A DNA stretch of 64,000 nucleotides from Nitrospirota bacterium (lineage in GTDB: Bacteria; Nitrospirota; UBA9217), in NCBI GenBank assembly GCA_963751455.1, contig CAVVUN010000015.1, forward strand, positions 1,659,172 through 1,723,171. The letters are read 5' to 3'. Of this stretch, positions 1 through 9,176 are shown piece by piece. The notes beneath the pieces are model-generated. The model did not search any database. It worked only from the letters and a program-made list of their open reading frames with translations, and was not told where the DNA came from. Made by a program: the position numbers and the translations under genes. The first letter of the stretch is position 1. Each line of letters opens with the position of its first letter.

Positions 1-1
1 T

Positions 2-394
2 TTGAATAATCTCTTTGAGTACGATAAGGCGGCTGCACTTTTGAGCGCGCCGATGCTTGCGCGCTGGTCCCACGCGCTCATGGCGTTCAAGACGGCTTAC
101 GGTCGTAAAAATGGCATGGGGAAATGTTTTATCGGTCACCTGCGGACCAGCAGCCTGGTCGCCGCATCCGTAGTAGCTGTCGGACTGTCGACGTTTGTCA
201 TATTCAGGTTTGATGTCCGCTCCGCAGCCCTGGTGCTGACCGTTCTGTCCGGAATCGGTTTGACGACCTTCCTCGGAAAGAAGTATCTCCTGAGCAAGCT
301 CGGAGGCATTACCGGAGACAGCGTCGGAGCCGTGAGCGAGCTGAATGAGGTCGTAGTGCTCCTCATATTCGTGATTTTTTCGAACGGAACTTAA
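2..394 (+). CDS. cobS: Adenosylcobinamide-GDP ribazoletransferase (cobalamin synthase), 5'-truncated by window edge
   Basis: Hydrophobic ORF ending with the CobS motif GGITGDSVGAVSELNE; adjacent to a cobC-like gene. Confidence 0.85.
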   Translation: MNNLFEYDKAAALLSAPMLARWSHALMAFKTAYGRKNGMGKCFIGHLRTSSLVAASVVAVGLSTFVIFRFDVRSAALVLTVLSGIGLTTFLGKKYLLSKLGGITGDSVGAVSELNEVVVLLIFVIFSNGT

Positions 395-395
395 G

Positions 396-995
396 ATGAT
401 GCCTACACGGGTCTATCTGATGCGCCACGGTGAAGTGGTAAATGGAGGAGAAAAGCGCTACAACGGCCATATCGATATCGATATTACCGCTGCAGGCGTA
501 GAGCAAATGCACAGGCTCGCGGGTCTGCTGCAGGGGAAAAGCGTGGCAGCAGTATACTCGAGCGATCTTATCAGGTCGGCCCGCGGCGCGGACATTATTT
601 CGAGAAGTTTGGGACTGACCTACACAGCTTTACCCGTATTGCGGGAGCGAAGCGTCGGCGCATGGGAAGGACTTACCGCGGACGAGATCAGGGGGCAATA
701 TCCTCAGGAATACAACACATGGCAGGCGGACTTGCTGAACTACCGTCCCCCGAACGGTGAATGCCTGAATGACGTGCGGGACCGGATCATCCCGGCCTTC
801 CGCAAAATTATTGATTCTCATCCGGAGCAGGAGATTGCGATGCTGCTTCACGGCGGCGTCAACAGGGTCATTCTCGCCGATGCGCTTAAGCTTGAACTCA
901 TGAATCTTTTCCGGATCGAACAGTCATTCGGAGCGCTGAACATTATTGATTACTACGACGACGGCATGGCGGTGGTGAGACTGCTTAACGGATAG
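396..995 (+). CDS. cobC: Histidine phosphatase, probable alpha-ribazole phosphatase
   Basis: RHGE motif, LRERSVGAWEG and HGG motifs; directly follows cobS. Confidence 0.8.
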   Translation: MMPTRVYLMRHGEVVNGGEKRYNGHIDIDITAAGVEQMHRLAGLLQGKSVAAVYSSDLIRSARGADIISRSLGLTYTALPVLRERSVGAWEGLTADEIRGQYPQEYNTWQADLLNYRPPNGECLNDVRDRIIPAFRKIIDSHPEQEIAMLLHGGVNRVILADALKLELMNLFRIEQSFGALNIIDYYDDGMAVVRLLNG

Positions 996-1034
996 TGCCT
1001 TAAATGATTATTGAAAATTGTAAAATGAAAAATA

Positions 1035-1201
1035 GTAACTACTCAGCTCATTTTTTTATCCGCAGATCACGCAGATTTCGCAGATAAAAACAAAACCTGA
1101 ATTCTGGTTTTAAAATCTGCGTCCATCTGCGAAATCTGCGGATAGAAGGCTTTTTCTCAGATTTGTCTTAATGCCGTTCTGAAAAGAAGCTGAATAGTTA
1201 C
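1035..1201. mobile_element. 167-bp MITE with GTAACT ends and 8-bp target duplication
   Basis: GTAACTACTCAGC...GCTGAATAGTTAC flanked by GAAAAATA at 1027-1034 and 1202-1209; nonamer-repeat palindrome inside (1057-1144). Confidence 0.75.
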
Positions 1202-1243
1202 GAAAAATATAGAAATATAATTTTGAGTTGAAGGGAGCAAAAC

Positions 1244-2080
1244 ATGCTGAAGAAAACCGCCTCCATGCTATGCACTGGAAGTGTAGTGCTGCTGTTGTCC
1301 GTTCCTGCGGTTAATGCCGACGAAGTAAAACTGATCGAGGCGGAAGGCCAGATCAGCCTGGGCGACGACACCACGATAGGGCAGGCAAAGGCGGCAGCGC
1401 TGAACAACGCACGGCGCGCGGCCCTTGAAAAGGCCACCGGCATTGTCGTGCACGGCTCTTCAATGGTCTATAACAATCAGCTTGTGAATGATCTTGTTAT
1501 GGCGGCGACAAAAGGGGTCATTGTCGACGAAAAGATCCTGGAAAATAAATGCGACGCAAAGGACGGGCACCTCTTCTGCAACGCAAAAATCCAGGCAAAA
1601 GTCAAGCCGTTAAGCCTCGAGCGAAGAGGAAATTTTGCGGTAACCAAGGTAACGGTCCAGAGGCCGGACAGGGAAGATTCGGCAAAGAGCGCTGTGTTTC
1701 AGAGCAAGGACGAGATCCGCATCAGAACAGCGGTTAATGAAGACGCGTATATGAATATATTCAGCGTGGATCAGAACGGAGGCATCTCGAAACTGTACCC
1801 GAACACGTACATTGACCAGGAGCGTCTGATTGCGGGAAAGGAACTGGTGTTTCCGGATGACAACCAGAGAAAGATCGGGCTGAAACTGAAAGTCAGAACG
1901 CCGAAGGGTGTTCGGCGGGCTGTTGAATCGGTACTTGTGATCGCGACCAGGGAAAAGGTGAAGCTGTTGACCGAGGAAACGGTGGAGAACGCGACTATCA
2001 CGGACCTCATGAAGCAGCTTTCGGAGATTGATCCGTCACAGTGGGTCGACAAAACAGAGGGGTATGAAGTGAGGGAGTAG
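1244..2080 (+). CDS. Secreted protein with DUF4384-like C-terminal domain
   Basis: Signal-peptide-like N-terminus; DAYMNIFSVDQNGGISKLYPN...FP pattern; GGGAG RBS. Confidence 0.6.
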   Translation: MLKKTASMLCTGSVVLLLSVPAVNADEVKLIEAEGQISLGDDTTIGQAKAAALNNARRAALEKATGIVVHGSSMVYNNQLVNDLVMAATKGVIVDEKILENKCDAKDGHLFCNAKIQAKVKPLSLERRGNFAVTKVTVQRPDREDSAKSAVFQSKDEIRIRTAVNEDAYMNIFSVDQNGGISKLYPNTYIDQERLIAGKELVFPDDNQRKIGLKLKVRTPKGVRRAVESVLVIATREKVKLLTEETVENATITDLMKQLSEIDPSQWVDKTEGYEVRE

Positions 2081-2191
2081 GGGAAGCCTATTCCAGTTTC
2101 AAATCATTGGCCTTCGCTTGAGATACCTGTCTGTATCGCCGTTCGGCAAAATGAAACCAATATCTATTCTTACATTTTCCGGGGAATAAAT

Positions 2192-2217
2192 AGGGCAGGC
2201 CGAAAAAAGGCCTGCCC
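2192..2217. terminator. GC-rich hairpin, probable terminator
   Basis: GGGCAGGCC-GAAAAAA-GGCCTGCCC downstream of the 1244-2080 gene. Confidence 0.5.
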
Positions 2218-2482
2218 GCTTGTAGTGGCTTTTTTTACTCAGAACTTCAACCCCGGATATTATTTACGGCGTATACTTGCCGCCGGTGTTGGGATAATCA
2301 GAAGGTTCTATAGTACCGCCCCAGATGATCATCTGTGAACCTGTCCATAACCGCACCGCCGCTCTTGCTCATCCTTTTTACAGTATTGCCGAAACGTCAA
2401 CATTTATGGGAAAAAAGTATTATAGTCAAACTTTTTTTGCAGTATTTATAGGCTAAAAATCACCTTATTATTCAAAAATTCA

Positions 2483-2511
2483 TTGACTTTAGATGTATCC
2501 TGGCTTATTGT
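2483..2511 (+). promoter_or_regulatory. Sigma70-type promoter of the thi operon
   Basis: TTGACT-17 bp-TATTGT immediately upstream of the riboswitch. Confidence 0.55.
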
Positions 2512-2523
2512 TACACACGAAAA

Positions 2524-2610
2524 GCTGGGGGAGCCCCGAACCATTGGGCTGAGAGGTCCTTAGAGGACGACCCTTAGAACCTGATCCGGTAGTACCGGCG
2601 TAGGGAAGGC
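2524..2610 (+). ncRNA. TPP riboswitch (THI box)
   Basis: GGGGAGCCC...GGGCTGAGAGG...GACCCTTAGAACCTGATCCGGTAGTACCGGCGTAGGGAAG matches the conserved TPP aptamer; lies upstream of thiamine genes. Confidence 0.95.
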
Positions 2611-2635
2611 GAGAAGAGAAACAAGATCACTTTTC

Positions 2636-2664
2636 AGCCGTATCCTCCGGATATGGCTTTTTTT
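2636..2664 (+). terminator. Riboswitch-associated intrinsic terminator
   Basis: AGCCGTATC-CTCCG-GATATGGCT followed by a T run. Confidence 0.8.
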
Positions 2665-2665
2665 A

Positions 2666-2998
2666 TGGAGCGAGCCGACCGTGTCGGCGTTGAAGTATGG
2701 AAGAATATAAAACCTATGCCCATACGCCGCCTCATTTGTATCGTACGGGCTCAAAATATTTTATTACCGCTATTACCTATGAGAAATCCTACTATGCCAG
2801 ATTAAATTACCTTTACTATAACCCCGTGAAGCATGTTACGTCTCGGTGCCTGAGGAGTATCCTAGGGGAAGGTATTTTTTCGCAGCCGTACCGAACAAGA
2901 CCGTCTCGACAGGCTTTTAAAGGAATACCCTTTTGATCGCGTAGAGGTTGAGGAACCTTATTGAATAATGAGGACGGCAACATGGTTGCCTCGGTCCA
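2666..2998 (+). mobile_element. Internally deleted RAYT-type element (transposase pseudogene from 2697) with both hairpin ends
   Basis: Translation matches the N- and C-terminus of 62853-63392; 90 central codons missing plus a frameshift; same terminal hairpins. Confidence 0.9.
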
Positions 2999-3010
2999 TA
3001 TAAATAAAAT

Positions 3011-3209
3011 ATGAATATCTCTCTCAATGGCGAAAAAAAAGAAATTCCCGATAAAGTGACAGTCCTTGGTCTTCTGGAGTTTCTCAAAATCCAGCACCAG
3101 AGAGTCGCGGTCGAACTGAACGAGACGATCGTCAAGAAAGACCGTTACGGCGACACAATCATTCAAGACGGAGATTTGCTGGAGGTTGTGAGCTTTATGG
3201 GTGGAGGGA
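3011..3209 (+). CDS. thiS: Sulfur carrier ThiS domain (no stop codon; reads through into thiG)
   Basis: MNISLNGE...VAVELN...[10 protein letters not shown]. Confidence 0.9.
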
Positions 3210-3212
3210 ATT

Positions 3213-3267
3213 TGGAGCGAGCCGACCGTGTCGGCGTAAATCACGGCAACATGGTTGCCTTGGTCCA
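3213..3267 (+). mobile_element. 55-bp miniature RAYT-end doublet
   Basis: TGGAGCGAGCCGACCGTGTCGGCGT...ACGGCAACATGGTTGCCTTGGTCCA. Confidence 0.9.
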
Positions 3268-3283
3268 TAAAGGAGTAAATAGA

Positions 3284-4063
3284 ATGACAGACGACAAACT
3301 GGTCATCGCAGGCATAGAATTCAAGTCCCGCCTTTGGGTCGGAACGGGCAAGTACAAAGATTTCGCGGAAACGAAAAAGGCGATCGAGATGTCCGGAACT
3401 GATGTGGTCACGGTCTCTGTCCGGCGTGTGAACATCATCGATAAGGGCAAAGAGAACCTTCTCGACTATATCGACCCGAAACTGTACAAGATATTGCCGA
3501 ATACTGCCGGGTGTTATACTGCCAAGGATGCGATCCGCACCGCGATGCTTGCGGCCGAGGCGGGCATCACGAAGCTTGTCAAGCTCGAGGTGATCGGCGA
3601 CCAGAAGACGCTTTTCCCGGATAACGAGGCGACACTCGAAGCTGCAAAAATCCTGCTGAAGGAAGGCCTTATTGTCCTGCCCTATACGAGCGACGACCCG
3701 ATCATGGCCAGAAAACTGGTTGACCTGGGGTGCCCGGCGATCATGCCGCTCGCTGCACCGATCGGTTCCGGGCTCGGTATCAGGAACCCTTACAATATCA
3801 TGATCATCATGGAGACCGTAAAAGTGCCGATCATCGTCGATGCCGGCGTGGGCACAGCTTCCGATGTTGCGCTTGCTATGGAGCTTGGCTGTGACGCGGT
3901 GCTGCTGAACACCGCAATCGCCGGCGCCCAGGACCCAATCGCAATGGCGGAGGCGATGAAGTACGGCGTGCTCGCGGGTCGGCTGGCATTCAAGGCTGGA
4001 AGGATACCGAAGAAACTGTATGCTACTGCCAGCAGTCCGATCGAGGGAATTATCGGGAGCTGA
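3284..4063 (+). CDS. thiG: Thiazole synthase
   Basis: [24 protein letters not shown] and DAGVGTASD motifs; own AAGGAG RBS before ATG 3284. Confidence 0.95.
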   Translation: MTDDKLVIAGIEFKSRLWVGTGKYKDFAETKKAIEMSGTDVVTVSVRRVNIIDKGKENLLDYIDPKLYKILPNTAGCYTAKDAIRTAMLAAEAGITKLVKLEVIGDQKTLFPDNEATLEAAKILLKEGLIVLPYTSDDPIMARKLVDLGCPAIMPLAAPIGSGLGIRNPYNIMIIMETVKVPIIVDAGVGTASDVALAMELGCDAVLLNTAIAGAQDPIAMAEAMKYGVLAGRLAFKAGRIPKKLYATASSPIEGIIGS

Positions 4064-4072
4064 GAAATGACT

Positions 4073-4160
4073 TATTTCAAATTGCAAAATTGTAAATTGG
4101 AAATTTCAAAATGGAGTAACGCTTCTCGCAATATGCATTTTGCAATATGCAATTTGCAAT
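4073..4160. repeat. Inverted arms of TTGCAAA-type heptamer tandem repeats
   Basis: TTTCAAA TTGCAAA ATTGTAA ATTGGAA... facing ...TATGCAT TTTGCAA TATGCAA TTTGCAA. Confidence 0.75.
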
Positions 4161-4776
4161 GAACTTAGATTTTAACCTCTACCTCATTACCGACCGAAAG
4201 CAGACGAAATTACCGCTTATCGAGGCTGTGACGCTTGCATTGGAGGGCGGTGTACGCGCGATCCAGCTCAGGGAAAAGGACCTGAAGATCCGTGAGCTTC
4301 TTGGCCTTGCCCGGGAACTGAGGGAAATCACGAAACGCTTCAGCGCCCGGTTGTTCATAAATGACAGGGTAGACGTCGCTGTTGCGGTTGATGCGGATGG
4401 AGTACATCTCGGAAAGGATAGCATGCCTCCTGCTGCTGTCCGCAGAATAGCGGGAAATCGCCTTCTTGTTGGTGTTTCAACGCATACGCTTGAAGAAGCA
4501 AAGACAGCACAGACAGCGGGAGCTGATTTTATTACCTTTGGCCCGGTTTTTTTTACACCTTCCAAAGCACAGTTTGGGGATCCAGTGGGATTGGAATCAT
4601 TAAATTTGATTAAAAAATCAGTTTCAGTGCCAATATTTGCCATTGGTGGCATAAAAAGTGGGAACGCGAAGCAAATTATGGATACCGGTGTCGATGGCGT
4701 CAGTATGATTTCAGATATTTTCGGATCAAACGATATCCGCCAGGCAGCTGAACAAATTATAAACGAAATCACCTGA
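4159..4776 (+). CDS. thiE: Thiamine-phosphate synthase
   Basis: LYLITD, QLREK, INDRVD, GVHLG, STH and AIGGI motifs. Confidence 0.95.
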   Translation: MNLDFNLYLITDRKQTKLPLIEAVTLALEGGVRAIQLREKDLKIRELLGLARELREITKRFSARLFINDRVDVAVAVDADGVHLGKDSMPPAAVRRIAGNRLLVGVSTHTLEEAKTAQTAGADFITFGPVFFTPSKAQFGDPVGLESLNLIKKSVSVPIFAIGGIKSGNAKQIMDTGVDGVSMISDIFGSNDIRQAAEQIINEIT

Positions 4777-4885
4777 TGAAGCATGAAGGACCTCTCACTT
4801 CGTTCGAGGTGACAGGCGAGCATGTTTTTGTCAATTACGTCTCTGAAATCTGCGTAATCTGCGGATAAAATACGCGAGGTAATCT

Positions 4886-6178
4886 ATGACCCAGATTCTT
4901 GAAGCACGCAAAGGAAACATTACCCCCGAAATGGAGGCCGTGGCCCGGGCAGAAGGCGTCAGGCTCGATCATATCGTAGAATGTGTGGAAAACGGCACCA
5001 TCGTCATTACCCGGAATGCGCTTCATACATCGATCAGCCCTCTCGGGATCGGCAGGGGGCTGAGGACCAAGGTAAACGCAAACATAGGCACATCCAAGGA
5101 ACGTATGTCCGTGGATGACGAGATCCTTAAGCTCAAGGCCGCGGTTTCCGCCGGCGCCGACGCTGTAATGGACCTTTCAACAGGCGGGCCGATCATCGAG
5201 ATCCGGAAAAACATCCTGCAGCATTCTACAGTCGCCATAGGCACCGTACCGATCTACCAGGCGGCGGTCGAGACGGTGGAGCAGGGGCTTCCGATAGTGC
5301 AGATGGACCCCGAGACGCTCTTTCGGGTGATCGAGCAGCAGGCGGAAGAGGGCGTGGATTTCGTGACCGTGCACTGCGGTGTGACGATCGGGAGTGTAGA
5401 GCGGCTGAAGCGGCAGGGAAGGATCATGGACGTTGTCAGCCGTGGGGGAGCATTCCATCTCGAATGGATCATCTTCAATGAAGCCGAAAATCCTCTGTAT
5501 ACCCAGTACGACCGGCTTATCGAGATCGCAAAAAAATACGACGTTACGCTGTCGCTCGGAGACGGGATGAGGCCCGGCTGTCTTGCCGATGCGACCGACC
5601 GGTCCCAGATCGAGGAACTGATTACACTGGGCGAGCTGCGGGACCAGGCGCACGAGGCTGGCGTACAGGTGATGATCGAGGGTCCGGGCCATGTTCCGAT
5701 CAACCAGGTGGAAACAAACATCAAGATCCAGAAAGAACTGTGCAAGGGCGCGCCCTTCTACGTGCTCGGTCCTCTGGTGACCGATGTCGCGCCAGGGTAC
5801 GACCACATAACCTCGGCAATCGGGGGAGCTATCGCAGGGGCCGCGGGCGCGGACTTCCTCTGTTACGTGACGCCGTCCGAGCACCTTCGTCTGCCGGACC
5901 TCGAGGATGTGCGCGAGGGGGTGATAGCATCCCGGATTGCAGCTCACGCCGCGGATATCGCAAAGGGTGTCAAGGGCGCGATGGACTGGGACAGGGAGAT
6001 GGCCCGGCGACGCAAGGCCCTGGATTGGAAAGGCCAGATAGAACTGTCGATCAATCCCGAGCGCGCGCGGAAACTGCGAGAGTCAAGCATGCCCAAAGAA
6101 TCGGACGTCTGCACCATGTGCGGCGAATTCTGTTCGATGAAGGGCGTGAGCGCCTATCTCAAAAAAGAGGTAAAGTAA
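4886..6178 (+). CDS. thiC: Phosphomethylpyrimidine synthase
   Basis: KVNANIG, MDLSTG, SRGG, EGPGH and C-terminal CTMCGEFC. Confidence 0.97.
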   Translation: MTQILEARKGNITPEMEAVARAEGVRLDHIVECVENGTIVITRNALHTSISPLGIGRGLRTKVNANIGTSKERMSVDDEILKLKAAVSAGADAVMDLSTGGPIIEIRKNILQHSTVAIGTVPIYQAAVETVEQGLPIVQMDPETLFRVIEQQAEEGVDFVTVHCGVTIGSVERLKRQGRIMDVVSRGGAFHLEWIIFNEAENPLYTQYDRLIEIAKKYDVTLSLGDGMRPGCLADATDRSQIEELITLGELRDQAHEAGVQVMIEGPGHVPINQVETNIKIQKELCKGAPFYVLGPLVTDVAPGYDHITSAIGGAIAGAAGADFLCYVTPSEHLRLPDLEDVREGVIASRIAAHAADIAKGVKGAMDWDREMARRRKALDWKGQIELSINPERARKLRESSMPKESDVCTMCGEFCSMKGVSAYLKKEVK

Positions 6179-6251
6179 CCGGGCATCTGAGCATTTACCA
6201 AGTCAAGAAGAACTAATACAAGGATAAGGAGCAGAAGTGCTGAACAGAAAC

Positions 6252-7100
6252 ATGAAAAAAAGATTGCTATATTGGATTATCGTCATGATCGTCTGCATGC
6301 CGTTCATATCGTATGCAAAGACGGCACAGGAGCCGAAAATCATTATAAAGCCGAACAAGCCCGGTCCCGGCGATATCATGATCGTGACTGTAAAGGGAAC
6401 ACAGGGACCGGTGGAGGGCACGTTTGAGGGCAGAAAGGTCTATTTTTACCCGGCCCCGGCTTCTTTAAAAGCGATGGTGGGCGTAGATCTTCTGACCGAG
6501 CCCGGCATCTATAAACTTGACGTTACAAGCAACGGCAAAAGACTCAGCCGTGAAATAATTGTAGTTAAGAAGAAATTTGAAGTGCAGAAGCTGACCTTGC
6601 CGAAAGACTTGGTTGAACTCTCGCCGGAAAACGAGGCGCGGGCCGAACGGGAACAGAAGAAAATGGCGGAGATCTGGCCCAATGAGTCGGATCGCAGCTG
6701 GGCCGGCAATTTCATGAATCCCCGGCAGGGAGAGATCTCCACGAAGTTCGGCCTGAGAAGGATCATCAACGATATTCCGAAGAACCCGCACAGCGGGGTC
6801 GATGTGGCGGCCGAACTGGGTAAAGAGGTGTATGCGCCGAACGACGGAAAGGTGGTCCTTGTCGACGATCACTTTTTTTCGGGTAATTCCCTCGTCCTGG
6901 ATCATGGGCAGGGAATCTACACCATGTTTTTCCATCTTTCGAAAATACTCGTAACCGGGGGCCAGGCGGTAAAAAAAGGAGACGTTATCGCGCTCGTGGG
7001 TTCTACGGGCCGTTCAACGGGTCCGCATCTTCATTGGGGCGCCCGGATGCAGGGCGCGCGGGTTGATCCTCTGCAGTTGATCAAATTAAAGCTTGAGTAA
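6252..7100 (+). CDS. M23 family metallopeptidase, exported
   Basis: HSGVD and STGPHLH zinc motifs; signal peptide. Confidence 0.9.
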   Translation: MKKRLLYWIIVMIVCMPFISYAKTAQEPKIIIKPNKPGPGDIMIVTVKGTQGPVEGTFEGRKVYFYPAPASLKAMVGVDLLTEPGIYKLDVTSNGKRLSREIIVVKKKFEVQKLTLPKDLVELSPENEARAEREQKKMAEIWPNESDRSWAGNFMNPRQGEISTKFGLRRIINDIPKNPHSGVDVAAELGKEVYAPNDGKVVLVDDHFFSGNSLVLDHGQGIYTMFFHLSKILVTGGQAVKKGDVIALVGSTGRSTGPHLHWGARMQGARVDPLQLIKLKLE

Positions 7101-7258
7101 TAGAATCAAGAGATAGGAATCAGGAGTAATGAATCAGTAGACAGAAGTCAGAATTCAGTAGTCACGAGAAGGCGAAAAAGTCATATTCTGGCTTCTTGCT
7201 CCTGTCTCCTGACTTCTCATATTCTGGCTTCTGACTCCTGTCTCCTGACTCCTGAATT
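7101..7258. repeat. Inverted arms of GAGTCAG-type heptamer tandem repeats
   Basis: GAATCAG GAGTAAT GAATCAG TAGACAG AAGTCAG facing CTGGCTT CTGACTC CTGTCTC CTGACTC. Confidence 0.8.
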
Positions 7259-7263
7259 TTTTC

Positions 7264-8031
7264 ATGATCAAAGTTCTCTCCATAGCGGGTTCCGATCCTT
7301 CATCCGGTGCCGGGATACAGGTCGATCTCAAGACCTTTCAGGCGCTCGGCGTATTCGGGATGGCAGTGGCGAGTTCGGTAACAGAACAAAACAGCAAAGG
7401 AGTCTCGGCGACCGCTTCCATATCGTCACGCATGCTCTCAAAGCAGCTCCAAACCCTCTTATCCGACATCAAACCGGACGCAGTCAAGACCGGAATGCTG
7501 TTGACACGGGGAAATGTCGAGGCAACAGCAGCTTCACTGACAAAATTTAAGATCAGGAACGTTATTATCGATCCTGTCATCCGTTCCACCTCGGGCCGTG
7601 CTCTTTTAGAACTCGATGCGGTCTCTTCCCTCAAAAAGCGCCTTTTTCCGTTAGCGATCGTCATAACTCCGAATATCCCGGAGGCTGAAGCGATTACCGG
7701 CTTGCCGATAAAGAGCCGGAGGGACATGGATTATGCGGCCGGCATGCTTCTCGACACCGGACCTGCGTATGTTCTTATAAAGGGCGGCCATTCAGCAGGC
7801 CCCGCAACAGACACGCTGTATGGCGGTAAAACCGTAATGAGTTTTTCCACACCGAGGCGCAGGGGGCAATTTCACGGCACCGGCTGCGTGCTTTCCTCGG
7901 CAATAGCAGTGTTTATTGCCCGGGGATATCCTGTGGAAAAGGCCGTGGAAAAAGCGAAACAATTTGTGGATAAGATGTTGAAAACCGCGAAGTATGTCGG
8001 AAAAGCAAAAACCAGATACTTTCAATTCTGA
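7264..8031 (+). CDS. thiD: Hydroxymethylpyrimidine/phosphomethylpyrimidine kinase
   Basis: IAGSDPSSGAGIQ, KTGML, TPNIPEA and HGTGC motifs. Confidence 0.95.
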   Translation: MIKVLSIAGSDPSSGAGIQVDLKTFQALGVFGMAVASSVTEQNSKGVSATASISSRMLSKQLQTLLSDIKPDAVKTGMLLTRGNVEATAASLTKFKIRNVIIDPVIRSTSGRALLELDAVSSLKKRLFPLAIVITPNIPEAEAITGLPIKSRRDMDYAAGMLLDTGPAYVLIKGGHSAGPATDTLYGGKTVMSFSTPRRRGQFHGTGCVLSSAIAVFIARGYPVEKAVEKAKQFVDKMLKTAKYVGKAKTRYFQF

Positions 8032-8037
8032 GAAATA

Positions 8038-8100
8038 TATCCACAGATTTCGCCGATTTTCGCAGATTAAAATCTTCGTAATCTGTGTAATCTGCGGATA
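8038..8100. repeat. Nonamer (CGCAGAT-type) inverted tandem-repeat element
   Basis: TATCCACAGATTTCGCCGATTTTCGCAGATT...AATCTTCGTAATCTGTGTAATCTGCGGATA; same family at 1057-1144 and a half copy near 4840-4868. Confidence 0.8.
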
Positions 8101-8122
8101 GACCTTCGAGAAAGAGGACCTC

Positions 8123-8833
8123 ATGCGCATAGACGGCCGAAAGGCGGACGAACTCCGCACGGTAAAGATCACGAGGAAGTATATAAAGGCGGCGGAAGGC
8201 TCCGTGCTGATCGAAATGGGCGATACGAAGGTCATCTGCACCGCGACCGTTGATCAATCCGTGCCGCCTTTTCTGAAAGGCAAGGGGAAGGGGTGGGTAA
8301 CGGCCGAGTACGGCATGCTTCCGCGTTCTTCGCCCCAGCGCATCGCCCGGGAACGGAGCAAGGTCGGAGGCCGGACACACGAGATCCAGAGGCTCATCGG
8401 CAGATCGCTTCGGTCAGTCGTAGACATGAGAGCTCTCGGCGAGAGGACCGTGCTGATCGACTGCGATGTGGTCCAGGCCGACGGCGGCACCCGAACGGCA
8501 TCGATCACGGGCGCATATATCGCGCTTGTTGATGCGCTCCGTCTTGTCCATAAAAGGGGACTAATCGAGACCGTCCCGGTCATTGATTTCCTTGCAGCAA
8601 TCAGCGTCGGAATAGCGGAAGGAAAACCCATGCTGGACCTTTGCTACACTGAAGATTCCGCAGCGGAAGTCGACATGAACCTCGTAATGACCGGCAGCGG
8701 AAAACTCGTGGAGGTGCAGGGTACGGCTGAAGGCGCGCCGTTTACACGGGCGGAGCTTTCAAAACTCCTGACCCTCGGTGAAAAGGGCATCAAAACGCTG
8801 ATCAGGAAACAGAAAGAGATGCTGGAAAAATAG
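8123..8833 (+). CDS. rph: Ribonuclease PH
   Basis: [22 protein letters not shown] and ADGGTRTA motifs. Confidence 0.97.
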   Translation: MRIDGRKADELRTVKITRKYIKAAEGSVLIEMGDTKVICTATVDQSVPPFLKGKGKGWVTAEYGMLPRSSPQRIARERSKVGGRTHEIQRLIGRSLRSVVDMRALGERTVLIDCDVVQADGGTRTASITGAYIALVDALRLVHKRGLIETVPVIDFLAAISVGIAEGKPMLDLCYTEDSAAEVDMNLVMTGSGKLVEVQGTAEGAPFTRAELSKLLTLGEKGIKTLIRKQKEMLEK

Positions 8834-8957
8834 ATTTGAAATTGAAGAATTAAGTGCTCAGGAATTGAAAAATGCATCCGGTACACTCCTGAATCCGCAA
8901 ACCGGAAAAGCTTTTTAGCCGCAGAGAACACAGAGGCGATATCGAATCTGGAATAAT

Positions 8958-9121
8958 CCTAAAAACGGCATTTGAACACGGATGAACACGGAAACAGCGG
9001 ATCAAAACAATGTGATAGAGCAAAAAGCCATCTCGCCTTTTGGGTGAATCCATTACTGTTCGTAACTTCCTATAAATCCGTGTTGATCAGATTTTATCCG
9101 TGTCCAACTGCTTTTTTCAGG
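8958..9121. mobile_element. 164-bp MITE, copy 1, 5-bp target duplication ATAAT
   Basis: Identical by eye to 50946-51109; ends CCTAAAAACGGCA...TGCTTTTTTCAGG. Confidence 0.9.
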
Positions 9122-9176
9122 ATAATTCCTCTGTGGCACTTTTCTGATTTGTGTTGCAGCTGACTCGATCATTGCT

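Noticed and set aside
2816-4087. 423-aa minus-strand ORF and other long antisense ORFs (e.g. 26980-28236, 31335-32894, 36013-37281)
   Set aside because: Shadows of well-supported plus-strand genes in GC3-rich DNA; no recognisable motifs.
7101-7258. Repeat clusters as a possible CRISPR array
   Set aside because: Units are 7-9 nt with no unique spacers, and there are no cas genes in the window.
8972-9163. Duplicated small ORF MNTDEHGNSG... (also 50960-51145)
   Set aside because: Translation of the 164-bp MITE; TTG start with no RBS.
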